A DNA stretch of 63,177 nt, filler included, from Choristocarpus tenellus KU-1152 (GCA_964200185.2; 11 parts of 11 records of this genome joined end to end with filler, not necessarily neighbours in it), one strand, 5' to 3'. Counted from the whole stretch's first letter, positions 24,711 to 37,090 are shown. Program-made: numbers and translations. Notes: generated by a model from the letters alone, not told the origin.

Positions 24711-25304
24711 CTGATTGAGCAAAACATGTCGTCAGATCTACCAGAATAAATCACCAGTGCTTAAGTGTACTATGGCACCTCTTCGCCACAAACTATCCAC
24801 CGCACAAGAAAGCACGATTAATTCGGATTCAGGTTTCAACAGATCCGGCTTGTCCATGCACTTACTCCTGTTGTCCATTTATGTTCTCACATCCTTGAAT
24901 TCTTTTCATATTCTGATCACAGTTTCTATTCAAATTGTACCGCATGCTTATACTCCTGGAGTCTTCTTGCAGTCACGGGTGTCTATATTGGTGCAAGGCC
25001 ATGAAGCGCATCCATGACACGCTGCTGCTCCAGTTTGAGACATTTGAAACCATGGGCTGTTCTTTGCGTAGAGCAGAAGGCCCATAGTATTCTAGAGGGG
25101 TCAGGTGTGCATTTGGGGCCTGTACAAACCTGTAGTGATTTCTGTTCGATTAGACTCTTCCAACTCTATCGGACAGTTACGGTAAAATATGTATGGAGTA
25201 ATGGNNNNNNNNNNNNNNNNNNNNNNNNNNNNNNNNNNNNNNNNNNNNTTAATTAATTAANNNNNNNNNNNNNNNNNNNNNNNNNNNNNNNNNNNNNNNN
25301 NNNN

Positions 25305-25399
25305 CCAACGTATGCAACCAAATCACCCAAAAATCGCGACATGAAAAAATTGGCCCCAAAAGGATAGGCACCCCCCCCCCCCCCACGATACTTTCAGCC
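25305..25399 (+). mobile_element. MITE subfamily A, 3' half at contig start
   Basis: Matches 86-180; ends GATACTTTCAGCC. Confidence 0.75.
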
Positions 25400-25565
25400 A
25401 AGAACCCTCGTCAACAGGTCCCCTACATTGTTTCGTCGCTCTTTAGAGTATAAAAAATATGGAGGCGGTGGGTGAGGGAAAGTGTAACACACTAACTCAA
25501 TGCCCCACCAGGCCAGTGTAGTACGCAATCAATACCAATCTGTCATGCCCCACTAAGGGAGGTCC

Positions 25566-25767
25566 AACCCTAACCCTAAGAAATGATAATCAATTCTAAC
25601 CCTAACCTAGCCCTAGTCCTAGTCCTATCCCTAAAAAAAAGAAGCATTTTTAGAGATCTCCTACACAACATGAGCCACACAACAAACACTCCACACCTGC
25701 TTGCAGTCTCTTTGCATCGGAAACCATTTTAGGGTTAGGGTTAGGGTTAGGGTTAGGTTAGGGTTAG
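25566..25767. repeat. Interstitial telomere-like repeats: degenerate (CCCTAA)n, then (TTAGGG)~6
   Basis: CCCTAA/CCCTAG units at 25566-25634; TTAGGG units at 25729-25767. Confidence 0.85.
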
Positions 25768-26136
25768 TTTTGACTCAGGTGGCGGTTTGATGGGCTGAGG
25801 CCATTCCAACGGGGGGGTGTCCAGTCGCTCTCCATGAGGAACCCGAATTGTTTTTGTGTTTTTTAATTTTCATTAGAGGCCACCATAACCCGATTCGTCC
25901 GCCACCGCTACGAAACGTTTTATTTATTATTTTTTGGGGGTGTTGTTGTGCACCGGAAACGATCGAGGGTAACTAACTTTGCGCAATGGGCTCAAAAATA
26001 GCTCAGAAATATTCTCAGCTATTTGGGAGAATCTGTATTGCTTAAGTCAGTCGCCCGGCTCGTGCGATCGAGATCGCACGAACCGCTGAGCTCTGCGAGC
26101 AATCCAATTAGCACACACGTTCAGGAAAAAAAGCAA

Positions 26137-26170
<34 letters not shown>

Positions 26171-26410
26171 TACACATACTATGATATCCTAACACTTCAA
26201 AATGAAAAGTTACCCCCTTCCGCGATGGTTTACGACCTATTGCAATACATAGGATCGAGTCGCATCGATTCGATCACAAGGGTTCACAGAATACCGTTTC
26301 TTCCATATCTTATTTTTGCTAGTCAAAGCTTGGGCACGAAGGGGGTACGGAGTTTGGTTTCGTCTTTGCAGATATGTTTTTTTTGTTTTTCAGGCCCGGT
26401 TTCTTCGATG

Positions 26411-26622
26411 GGTGATGTTGATGCTAGAGACACTGTCTCTGTTGACGTCAAGGTGAGCACTACAAAGTGTATTTAAAGCAAGGCGATGTTGGTGCTAGAG
26501 ACGCTGTCTCTGTTGATGTCAAGGTGAGCACTACAAAGTGTATTTAAAGCAAGGTGATGTTGGTGCTAGAGACACTGTCTCTGTTGCTGTCAAGGTGAGC
26601 ACTGCAAAGTGTATTTAAAGCA
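26411..26622. repeat. Tandem repeat, 71 bp x 3
   Basis: Units start at 26411, 26482 and 26553. Confidence 0.95.
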
Positions 26623-26847
26623 GGGCCCTGCCATGGTTGTATACATTTGTATAGGTGTGTGTGTCCTGAACAACCCCTTATCTTCTCAGCAGAGTTCCAA
26701 AAACCGTTGTGGACTCACATCATGTACAGATGGCCTTAAGGTCTCGGTGATCACATCCTCCACCACAGCCAGCAAGGGGTTTCGACGATTTCGACAGAAG
26801 GCGTCATCCAGATGCCTGATTTGGACGAAGTTACATATTTGTGTGTG

Positions 26848-26877
26848 TGTATGTATGTATGTATGTATGTATGTATG

Positions 26878-26907
<30 letters not shown>
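26848..26907. repeat. (GTAT)n microsatellite
   Basis: Seen directly. Confidence 0.95.
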
Positions 26908-26908
<1 letters not shown>

Positions 26909-27246
26909 GATGTGTTTTGCAGTCAAGAGGAAAGAATGAGGTTTTCCTGACTCCCTGCAATATATATACATACATAGACCTCTTTTCTGCATTCGACAAG
27001 TGATAAAAAAAATGCTGTATAGGTGGATACATGCAACACTTAGATCATTAACTAAAAGGTAACTATTCTACAAGGGTGTGCAGAGGGATAAAAGCAGTGT
27101 GGGGAAGCCCATTTATACTCCATAGAGTGTATGGAACAATACTACAATCCTTACACATCTGTGAACTTACTGTAATTACCGTAGGGTAGCTTCCGAAACA
27201 TTTTACAAAAAAATACAATACAACTGTATGAGTATTGACATCTTCT

Positions 27247-27506
27247 GAGTCAAAGTATCTTAGAGGGTAGAGATGCGTCCATTTGGAGGCCAAAGTCTAA
27301 TGTTGCAATTCTGATATAATTTTGGCTATCATGTTTGTTAAGAGATGGCAATATCCTCGTTCCGGACACACCTTTTCATAACGTAAACATTTTACATACT
27401 CCGAAACATTTTGGAGTGGGTAAGATGCCATTAAAAACTCGTGGTAAGCCAAGCCCCAAATGGACAAACAAGGAGAAACTCATACCCCTTTAAGATACTT
27501 TCACTC
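27247..27506 (+). mobile_element. MITE subfamily B, full length (260 bp)
   Basis: Ends are GAGTCAAAGTATCTTAGAGGGTA and TACCCCTTTAAGATACTTTCACTC. Flanks TCT/TTT are an imperfect duplication. Confidence 0.88.
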
Positions 27507-28545
27507 TTTGTAATCTATAAGATGGAAATGATGCCACAGCACACCACACCACAGCACACCACATCGAAGTGGGAGCAAAAATGGTAGAGAGGACGGGCAC
27601 GAATGAATGGGAGTGAGATACGGAGGTGTGTTAGCGTAGTGGGGCTTGGGAGGGGAGAAAAAAAGAAGAAGAAATTCTCACCCTTCTGTTTCCTCTTTAA
27701 CAGCTCGTATCACGGCATCACGTACGAGATCTTTCACTACCTGCAAAAAAAGAAAATTGTGGAAGGAGGAATATTTTAAACAACATTAGTAGTGGTGTGA
27801 TAAAAATAGTATTTGCAGTAGTAAATAGTAATGTAGAAATATAATTATTGCAATAATTCCAATGGTAGTAGGAATAGTAATAGTGGTGAAGGATATAGCA
27901 ATACTTCTCAGAAAAACAAAATGGCAAGGGAATATATATATATATATATATATGGGTCTACTCTGGCATTGCCCTGCTGCAGAATTACTACCACTGTGGG
28001 AACATTGCCTTTCAATTTCATTGAGTACCTCGCAAAATCCAACACATGCTGTTCCTCGAACACACAGAGGCAACCCCTCCTGGGTGTAGGTAGTAGAAGT
28101 ATCTTACCATAAGAGGTGTTGGTTGGATCAATAGTGATCCAAAGTAAGCATGAGATGCCCTGGGTTTTTACCGTTTTGTGTCTTAAATCTGTTTTTCAAT
28201 CTTTTGTAATTCACCCATACATTATTGTGGATGATCTGAATAAGATTGACTCGAGAACATTGATTTATCTCTTGCTTGGACAATTTCGACATAGTTTAGA
28301 ACATTCCCCACAATCATTTATACAAAACCCCCGAAATATGCAAATATTTGTCAGCATCCTTCAAATTCAACCCTGGGTACCTCTCGATTACTTTGACTCT
28401 CTTCTTGTTTGAATTTTTTTCCGGCACAATTTTGAAAATATACTTTAGACATTTGTACAAAAAAGGCTGATTTTGCATATATTTGTCGGCATTCTTAAGA
28501 GGTAAACCTGCATACCTCTTGTTTACTTTGGGTTTGGTGCTAACA

Positions 28546-28678
28546 GTATTATATTATTATAGTATTGTAGTATTATAGTATTATAGTATTATAGTATTAT
28601 AGTCTTATAGTATTATAGTAGTATAACATTATAGTGTTATATTGTTATAGTATTATAGTATCATAGTATCATAGTATT
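28546..28678. repeat. (TATTATAG)n 8-mer tandem repeat
   Basis: Seen directly. Confidence 0.9.
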
Positions 28679-30681
28679 CGAACCAGTGGGAGACTCAATT
28701 CAATGTCAAACTACCGTTCCAGGGTTAGGATTTGGAGCCTATTTATTATCATTTGTCCAAAAAAATGTAATTTTTCAACACTTCAAGTTGCAACCATTTC
28801 CGATTGAATAGATTTTGGGGCTAGGGGGGGGTTGGGGGGGGGGGGTTAGTATACCAGATACCATCATTCCACCTCACCCCACCCCCCAGAACTCAATCGG
28901 TAGGAAAGAGAATCCGTTTTTTTTCCAGTTTCCAATCGGCAGTCAGAACCATTTGGGTTCACATCCCTGGCAGTACTTTATACTTCCACCCCTCATCCGT
29001 GTTCGAATCCACATGCATGGTGTGGTATCAGGAGTTCTGATATACTGATCTGCCTCCTGGAGGGGCACTGAATTGTACCATGAAAGCGTGTTGAGTATGC
29101 TGATCCAGCCCCCCCCCCCCCCCCCCCCCCCCCCCATCGCAGTCGCGGGTGGCGTGTGCGTCTTTTTGNNNNNNNNNNNNNNNNNNNNNNNNNNNNNNNN
29201 NNNNNNNNNNNNTTAATTAATTAANNNNNNNNNNNNNNNNNNNNNNNNNNNNNNNNNNNNNNNNNNNNCCCCCCCCAGATATTTGACCCAGCTGTTGTCC
29301 TCTGCTAACCAATGTTGACTCCCTGGTCTGATTCTGAATATTGCACTACTGTTTGAAACCCCTGATGCCACCAGCTCTACCACCAGCAGTACCTGGCCAA
29401 GGGGGGACGCTTCAACATGCCTCAGAGTGCTGAAAAGGGAGCAACGGACACAATCCGTTGCTATGGTTAGGTGGAAGGCGTTACCGAATGCTCCTTCGAG
29501 CATTGAGATGTGTTGAGTAACTAGCTTCTCCTTTCCAATTATGTTGGTTTTGGTACCATCCCTTGGTACCTGACTGGAGGTAGAACCCCGGCCATGCCCA
29601 GAAAATTCTCAAGTTTTTAGTTGACCAAAGGAATTTTCTGGTGATGGCCGTGTGGGTATGGAGTGGTTAGATGAAGTGCAGTGCCCCTCTTTGCCTGCTT
29701 CCACTCTTCGGTGGGGTTAGGGTTAGGGTTAGCCAGTTTACAGAGGAGGCGTTGCATTGACCAGACCTGTTTTGGATATACAACTAACTGTAGAAACGAC
29801 GCCTTTTTTTTCATGGTAGATGGTTCTTGTTATTTGTTGAGAAAAACTAAGGAGCGGGTTTTTGAAGTCTTGATTGATTGATAGAGAGAGGGAGAAGACC
29901 GATTTCAGAGTAGAGATGGACGAGCTGATTCGACAAGAAGACACAAGCTATGTGCATATGGTGTTCATTTTCTGGGTGACTGAGAGAGGACATCAGGATC
30001 TAGCCCCAAAACTGAACCTTTTTGAACGATACGGGCGTAGAACATACTACAAAAACCATTGGAAAAAAATGTTTTTTTTGTGGAGAGTTCACTCACTAGG
30101 TTTCCCCATCCAGTATTTGGCGTTTGGATCCCCCCCCCCAAAAAACAACAACATGGTTTCTCACCACTGTTCAGAACGAAAGTCTGGGGGTGACTCCTCA
30201 GCAATGAAGGATGGTGGGGGTCTCTCTTTGGAAGCTTTCTCATTTAATGTCTCAAACTAGATGATCCTGGAAAAGAAGAGCACATGCCCTTTGATTTCCT
30301 TCCCATGCTGCTTCCCTCTTTGATAAATGCAATCTGGTCAAGTAATTCTTTAGATGTTGTCATTTAACATCTTCCTGGGGGAATCAGATGTCAAGTAGTG
30401 TCACACTCCAATTTGTTGATGAGTTTCAGCGAGGGTTGAGAGTTCGTTTCATGGGCATGTAATTTTGTGGGCAGTATGTCCACAGGTAAACTGGGCAATA
30501 GGGCAGAACTATTAAAATAGTACGGCTTGGAGCAAGTGGTAGTTGCCCCGACTAGCACTAAAGTATTGGCAATTTGCAATATATATATATATACATCTCT
30601 TTTGCCACAGAAACGCACGTAAACTAACTTACACCTTTCGTGGTAAGAATATCGTTGACTCTATGCTGATACATAATACTA

Positions 30682-31305
30682 TCAACTTGCACTTGATAAT
30701 CGTTTTCGTTGAGGTGGGCTAACTTGTTGGAGTAGAGAAATTTTTTCGCTTCCTTCATTTCTCATCGCGACAGGAATTGAGAAGACGACAGCATCCATCC
30801 TGCAGGCCATGGTCTCGTTACCAATACTGCCTTCTTCTGTGGGAAGACAATAAAAAACGGCAGACTCCACCTCCACCCCCAATGATTCACCCAGGTTCCA
30901 GCCAGTTGTGGAAATCACACTCCTTCCAGTTTGTGACGCGACCTCCTGCAACACACCAGTCGCAATGGTGCTGCCCTGCCCGCCTACTGCTCGCCAACGG
31001 CTGGTAGCTCCCCGAGTAAAATATGCGCCTTGAGGCAAAATCACCTGCAGTTCCAGTGCGCTGCTCCCCGGACTCATTGCCCCTTCCACGTCGATCGTGC
31101 GAGATCGACGCCTTGAGAACAATGGGGCATCTTCAGTAGCTCTAGCAGATACCAAAGGGAGCGTAGAGGATGCCAAAACCGCATGGATGAAGCCCTTACG
31201 TGTGAGGGCGCTGCCAGAAACCAAAGGAGCAGATGGGCGAGATTTGAGAGCTCCAGTCCCACATAGGATCATTGTCCATAAACCAACCATCATCACAATC
31301 TTCAT
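30682..31305 (-). CDS. Single-exon 207-aa plastid (probably thylakoid-lumen) protein resembling the SOQ1/NHLRC2 C-terminal n-DsbD-like domain
   Basis: Hydrophobic signal peptide, S/R-rich transit segment, then TRKGFIHAVLA...ARA, which looks like a lumenal signal. The mature part LQVILPQGAYFTRGATSRW...VESAVFYC-x(14)-CRMDAVVFSIPV parallels the SOQ1 CTD pattern as I recall it (ISLPDGYHFSKEARSKF...KVYYC...CLYQSVQFEVPF). Confidence 0.75.
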   Translation of the reverse strand: MKIVMMVGLWTMILCGTGALKSRPSAPLVSGSALTRKGFIHAVLASSTLPLVSARATEDAPLFSRRRSRTIDVEGAMSPGSSALELQVILPQGAYFTRGATSRWRAVGGQGSTIATGVLQEVASQTGRSVISTTGWNLGESLGVEVESAVFYCLPTEEGSIGNETMACRMDAVVFSIPVAMRNEGSEKISLLQQVSPPQRKRLSSAS

Positions 31306-31545
31306 TCTACCTACTAACCACTAGATCGCAGATGAGAGCTCCTTCGATAACTTGGTATAGATGAACTGTGAGAATATACGCACTACTACAACTGGGTTTT
31401 AGTAGAATTGTGAAGGATATATATGGACTTGTGGATCATATCGCGCAGAATCGCGAGATAGACACGCAGATGTCGGTCTCGCTCTCACCAACCCTACTAA
31501 TTCATTGCTCTTCCAGTCTGGACTGCCCCTTTTGGTCCACAATCC

Positions 31546-34500
31546 ATGAGTCTCACAGCTCCCTATCAAGGATTATGGGAGCATCAATGCCTCCACCGGC
31601 TTGTACCACTTGTCTTCATCATTGTAGGGTCTTGGATTGGACCGGCTGATGGCTTCAATTGCTGTGATCGATGGTTTCAACTGGGACAACGATCGCGTTG
31701 TTCCCTGAGGTGCAAGGATATATCACTTGCTAATGCAGACATCGCTCAGTCGTGCTCGTTGATACTGGCGAGGAAATTTGTAGTTTCGACCTGTGCTTTA
31801 CTTTGTCCGAGGTAAAACTTCCTTGCATCTGCTGTCCTGCATAGTTGAACTTTCCACCTTCGCTCTCTCCCAGGAGGCAAGCTGGAGGTGGTGAAGCGAA
31901 CTTGTCATATGAACCGGAGGAAATTCCAGGTCGTTCCCTGGCTCAAGATGAGCCTACTGTAGCTACTTTTGAGGACTGGGCAGATCGTCGGGGCTTGCGA
32001 AAAGTCAACCTTGTTCACGCGGACTTTGGAGGCCTGCGTGGCCTCATGACAGAGGGCGCGGTAGAGCCATGGCAGACCTTGATTTCGGTGCCTCTCTCCC
32101 ACGCCCTTGTAGAAGATGCTTGTCAGTCTGAAAAACCTGCAATGCCACCTAAGCCATTATCTGAAGAAGTATGGCAATCCTGCCCATGGTGGGTGCGACT
32201 TGCTGTGCGGTTGTTGATAGAGCGTGGGGACAACTCTCGTCTGGCCCCCTACGTGGGCATCCTTCCCCCACCAGCGAGTATGGGCACTCTGTTGCACTGG
32301 TCTCCTGAGCAAATGGATCGACTCCACTACCCTTATCTCCTGGATCAAGTATCTAAACAGAGGCAGCTTTTCAAAAGTGAGGAGGAAAATGACTGACCAC
32401 ATTGGACTTTGAAGTAGAATGCAACGAGTTACACGAGCCCCTTCTATCTAGAATACTGCTGCCCACTTGAATCTCATCTCTCCTTCCTATCCTATCTGAA
32501 ACCTTTATACTCGTGAATTCGTCTTGCAACCCGCAGGAATGCGTGAACGGCTCCTTACGGACGCCACTCGCCCCAACAGTGGTGCCGACGACACACCAGC
32601 CGGCCGGGTCTTAGTTACTGCCCTTCACGATCCAGAAGCATTTTTTTGGGCACTTGAGTGTGTGCAAAGTCGGGCATTCCAGCTCCCCCCAAAAGGAGTA
32701 GGTCCTCATTTCCCTTCGGGTGATGAATATGGTGATGGTGCTGGCATGGCACCAGCTGTTGAACCCCCCTCACCTGAGGAAGCGAGGATGGCTCTGCTCC
32801 CGCTGATCGATTCAATGAACCACTACAGTCGTGTACCCACACATATGCACTGGCAAGGAGATGGATCAGTCGCTGTGTCAGGTACACCAGTGCAAGTTGA
32901 GGTTTTCTGATCTTCATTTTGTTTGGTTGTGAAAGTCAGTTCTTGGTGTTAAAAGAGTCCGTGGTCCTTGGGTTTTTTTCCACCTTATTGTTGTGTGATG
33001 AAGAACCTGCATAAAAGACTGCAGCTAGTGCTCTTTTGAAGCATATGTATCAGAGTCGGTATCTTAGAAACTGATTTTCTTTTGTTTTCTCACAACCTGT
33101 AACTGTTGCTTGCAATGCACACATTGCACGACACAACTTTGGAGCATGCATGTGGTCACACTTTGGGTGATGAAGCGTTTGCAAAGATTTTTGATGGGTA
33201 GATAAATTACTCATTGCATTTGATTTGAGTACAGACCTCACCTACTGCCCTCCCTACCTCTTGGCATATAGTGGTTCATCAGATTGCTTTGCTCTGCCTT
33301 TGCCCCCTCATGTTGAAATTTTCCTGGTAAGGCTAGTTGGAATCCCCACCTCCTTGCCCTTCCTCCCCCTCCCCTGAACCATCTTCGCCCTCCTTGGTCT
33401 GTTCAAACACTATGTGTCAGTGGGATCTCACTTTGACCCTGGAGATCATACATTCCTCTCTTATGGCTCCATCTCTAATGACGACCTGCTTCAGTATTAC
33501 GGCTTTGTGGAGAGGGATAACCCGGCAGACTCCTATGTGCTGCAGCATATGGCAGAGTGGCTAATCAAGGTGTGCAACTCCATACCTCTACTCTAAGTGC
33601 ATCCCTCTGGGTTTTTTTTTGCCCCCACCCGGGGCTTTCATTATTTCCTTTCAAAGCATGTTGTGCATTGTTTTGTGTTTTGGTGTCCTTGACTCTGAGA
33701 TGGCGTTGTATACTACTTCCAGTAGACTTGGCCTGGAAGCACTACATATTTTGTAGTACTTGACATCTTGTTGTGACTATCAGTCCTTTATTTGCTTTGT
33801 ACTTTACTCTATCTTTATAACAACGCACATAGGTTTGCCTCCTCTCAGTGATGAACTGCAGGCATCCTGTGCTCAAGGTGAAGTCACTGCTGATACTATG
33901 AATAGTGGGTCCGCATGGCATTCACCTCTTGAAGTTGAAGTTGAAATTATTCATCATACATTGAAGTGCAAGTTGGTGCAGAAGTTATAGCTCTGACCGC
34001 TCTGTGGAAGGATGAGATGTGGTGGATTGTTACATGCTTTGCAAGGTAGACCCAGGACTCCATGGCATTAGAAAGCAGGACTACATTCCTTCCCTGCATC
34101 TTCAAAGGGTGGGAAGAGAGAGGACAGTGAGAATATCAAGAACAAGGGAGGAGGCTAGGGAGCAATGACTTGACGGTCTAGCATCTCTTGATCTATCTTG
34201 ACCTATCTGCGTGTCCTTGGTAAATGTGGTGGCTTGAGTGCTTGGCAAACACATATATATGTAAACATAGGTAGGAGGGTTATGTCCAGAGATGCTCTCT
34301 AAGAATAGTAGTTGATATTTTCAACTGTTCCTGAGTGCTAACCCTACAGCTAAAGAAATGTTTGAGTGATTTATGAATGAGAACTCTTGGACGCATGTGC
34401 TTTGAAACACTCTTTAATTGCAAAGGTTTTCTCGTAGTATAATGCGTCTTCCTCAACCTTCTTCACATCTCCTTCAGGGTAGAAGGACCCCCTTTAACTA

Positions 34501-35382
34501 TCTCTCATGCTCTTGTCTCTCACACCAACTCCTCCATTGATAATCTCCTCCTACACATCAGTTCAAACAGAGATTTAGTCTTGATGAAAACATACCCTTT
34601 GTGTGTATCCACCACCTTTGCATGGAGCACAGCTATACTATTGTGCTCGTTCTCGTCTCCTTATTGCTCTATCCCTTACCTTTCTATACAACAGCCCTCC
34701 TGCTTGCCCACCCCCTGCCTATCCTGTGCTGCTGCAGGAGGGTTGGTTGAACCAAAGTTTACAGAGTCGGCTGATTGCCTGCCCAAAAGCACGGGAAACC
34801 TGGCGCTACCTTGAGCGTGGTGTGCTCCTTCGAGATGGTGTTCACCCCACCACCATGCAGGCGCTCCGGATGGTGTGTTGTGAGCCTGGGGCACCAAGAA
34901 CTGTGGCGAACAGGGCAAGGAACGAGGCTAGCAAGGGGTCATCCGACAACCCACTTGATCTTGCTGTGTGTGCTACGGAAGGAAACGTCTCAGAGATGCC
35001 TCCTCCTTGGGATGGCAGCTCTGAGGATCTCAGTCGATTCACCACTCCGGTGTCCCTTGTGTCAGAGATGAGTGCTTGGGAGCTAGTTATGCACCTTGCA
35101 GCTGAAGAGGCTGATGCTTGGGGTGAGGCTGGTGTAGCAAGGGCACTGGTTAAGGATGTGTCAGCCCCTGGCCTTGATGGGGACCTAGATGGAGTGGGGT
35201 TAGACGATGAACGGCGGCTAATGCTGTCCGTTTTTAGGCAAGAGAAACTTCTTTTGCTGCGACGGGTTTTATCTCGTCTTGGTCACCTCCGGAAGGTGAG
35301 CGGGATGTTAAACAGGCCAGTCAAGGTGCCGGTTGTCAAGGTGCCGCCAGTACTGGGGTCAAGCAGGGTTCTACCTGATTAG
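31546..35382 (+). CDS. Plastid-targeted SET-domain protein lysine methyltransferase, Rubisco LSMT/SETD3 class (exons 31546-31709 or -31811, 31874-32376, 32537-32881, 33421-33569, 34738-35382)
   Basis: Motifs GLRGL, LAVRLLIER...SRLAPYVGILP, FFWALECVQSRAF, LLPLIDSMNH and FLSYGSISNDDLLQYYGF. All intron phases are compatible. The signal peptide ends ADG-F (ASAF-like). Confidence 0.9.
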
Positions 35383-36289
35383 GTCGGTGAGAGGTATTGA
35401 GGTATACATTGGATGTTGGAGAAGAAGCTCGATTGAAGAACGCAGGGAATGGACTCTAGTGAAAGTGTTGTACAACTGGAGCGTGGACTGTTGGCGTTGT
35501 GGTTTCTAAGCTTGAGTGGGTAGAGGACTTCCTTTGGATGACCAGGTGTAAATTGCCCACAAATTGGACAACATACCACTCAGCGCTATCTTATGCCTGC
35601 AGCAGTTGAGGCAATACATTGATCGTATCTGTAATTTTATTAACATAACAGTCCAAAACGTGACACGATTCATACTCGAATATGTAATTTTACTAGTGTA
35701 GTGTGTAGTGAGACAACAAAGTGTTTCACTACTTAATACTCTTGAACGTTTTTACGAGAGCATGCGATAGTGTCGCACTGTAACGTTTTACTACGAGTTG
35801 ACACTGAAAAACGTATTTCGTGGAAAGTGTTTCTCGACAACTCAACATTATGTTGTGGTATATATATGTATGATCACACACGTTGAAACTAGCAAGGCTC
35901 AGGTAGTGTGTGGTGTAACTTTGTTTAGATGTCAGAGTGGCACCTCTAATTCGATGTTACTGCTGTGATGCATACTGTGAATGTGTTGTGCTATTGACAC
36001 ACAGTGCCCAGTCTCGTGATGATACCATTTACTCATGTGCTTAGGCATCTGAGACCATTGTGCATGTATCAAGTGAGGGTTGACCTGACTGTCCATGAGG
36101 GAAACAAGCAATGGAAGAAATGAACAGGAAGATGGAAATGCTATCGAACAGCAATTCCCTGTAAGTGCACTACAAAGATGGATCAATAGTAACATAGTAG
36201 TGGCAGATGAAGACACCACACGAAGCCTAGTAGAGAGCTGTATAGATTTTTTTTTTTTTTCGCCGCTTCCACCCCTCTATTGAGCTTGC

Positions 36290-37090
36290 TCGTCGATCTA
36301 TTGGTTGAAGGAGACCAGCACCATCCACACCCTCAGTTATCATGCATCCTGCTCTTCCAAACCAGCTCTTTGTTGACAGAGTCAACCTCATTTGTTGCAA
36401 TGAGGCATTATGTATTGACGACACCTTCAGAGGGGTTGTAGATGTGTAGTTCCCATGCAGCTCAGAGCTTCTCGGGATCCCAAGGCGATCAGGCATCGCC
36501 TGTTTGACCTCCTTATTGAGAGCACCAACAATTCTTTCGGGGATGGAATTGTATTCCCCCTGATGACAGAGTATTGTCTTGTTGTTTCCTGGGTCTATTG
36601 AGACCTTTTTTTCCAGAAACAATTGGATAGCCACACACAAGCTGGACTCTAGCATAGCAGCTGATGTAGGGCACATGATCACAACCTGCGATGGGCGCAA
36701 GAAGGGTGGATTTTTCCCATCCTTATCCTCTCCAAAAGATCTGAACACCTGCCCCAGAGGTGTGTCTTGTGAGGTTGGCAGGTATGTGGACAAATTAATG
36801 AATGAAAGGAGTGTGGTAGGAGGGGATTTTATTCTTGTTGTAGAACAAAATATTTCCATTGTGAGACAGGTGGAACTGGCAGGCAATACTCGTTGGATAG
36901 GAGTGGGGAGACCTGCATGATGTTGGGGCAAGGTGAGATACGGCAATGAAGGGCAGTTGTACCAGGACAAGGTCATTTGGAGATCAGGAGTGTGGCAAGG
37001 ACGGACTGTGGGGACCGTATTGTTCCACATTCCGTCTTGATGCTGATATAATCGTAAGCAACTTTCGCTATGATGGCATGTAGCACTCAA
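36290..37090 (-). mobile_element. Decayed non-LTR retrotransposon C-terminal region (CRE-like, restriction-like endonuclease type)
   Basis: Drifted ORF with ILCHQGEYNSIPERIVGALNKEVKQA, resembling the Zn-knuckle CxxGG..RHxxI region. Heavily mutated. Confidence 0.4.

Noticed and set aside
26411-26622. CRISPR-like appearance of this and other tandem arrays (7167-7393, 40121-40412, 60997-61103)
   Set aside because: The units are contiguous with no unique spacers, there are no cas genes, and the context is eukaryotic.
28995-29012. GTTCGAATCC tRNA B-box-like motif
   Set aside because: No A-box or cloverleaf stems around it.
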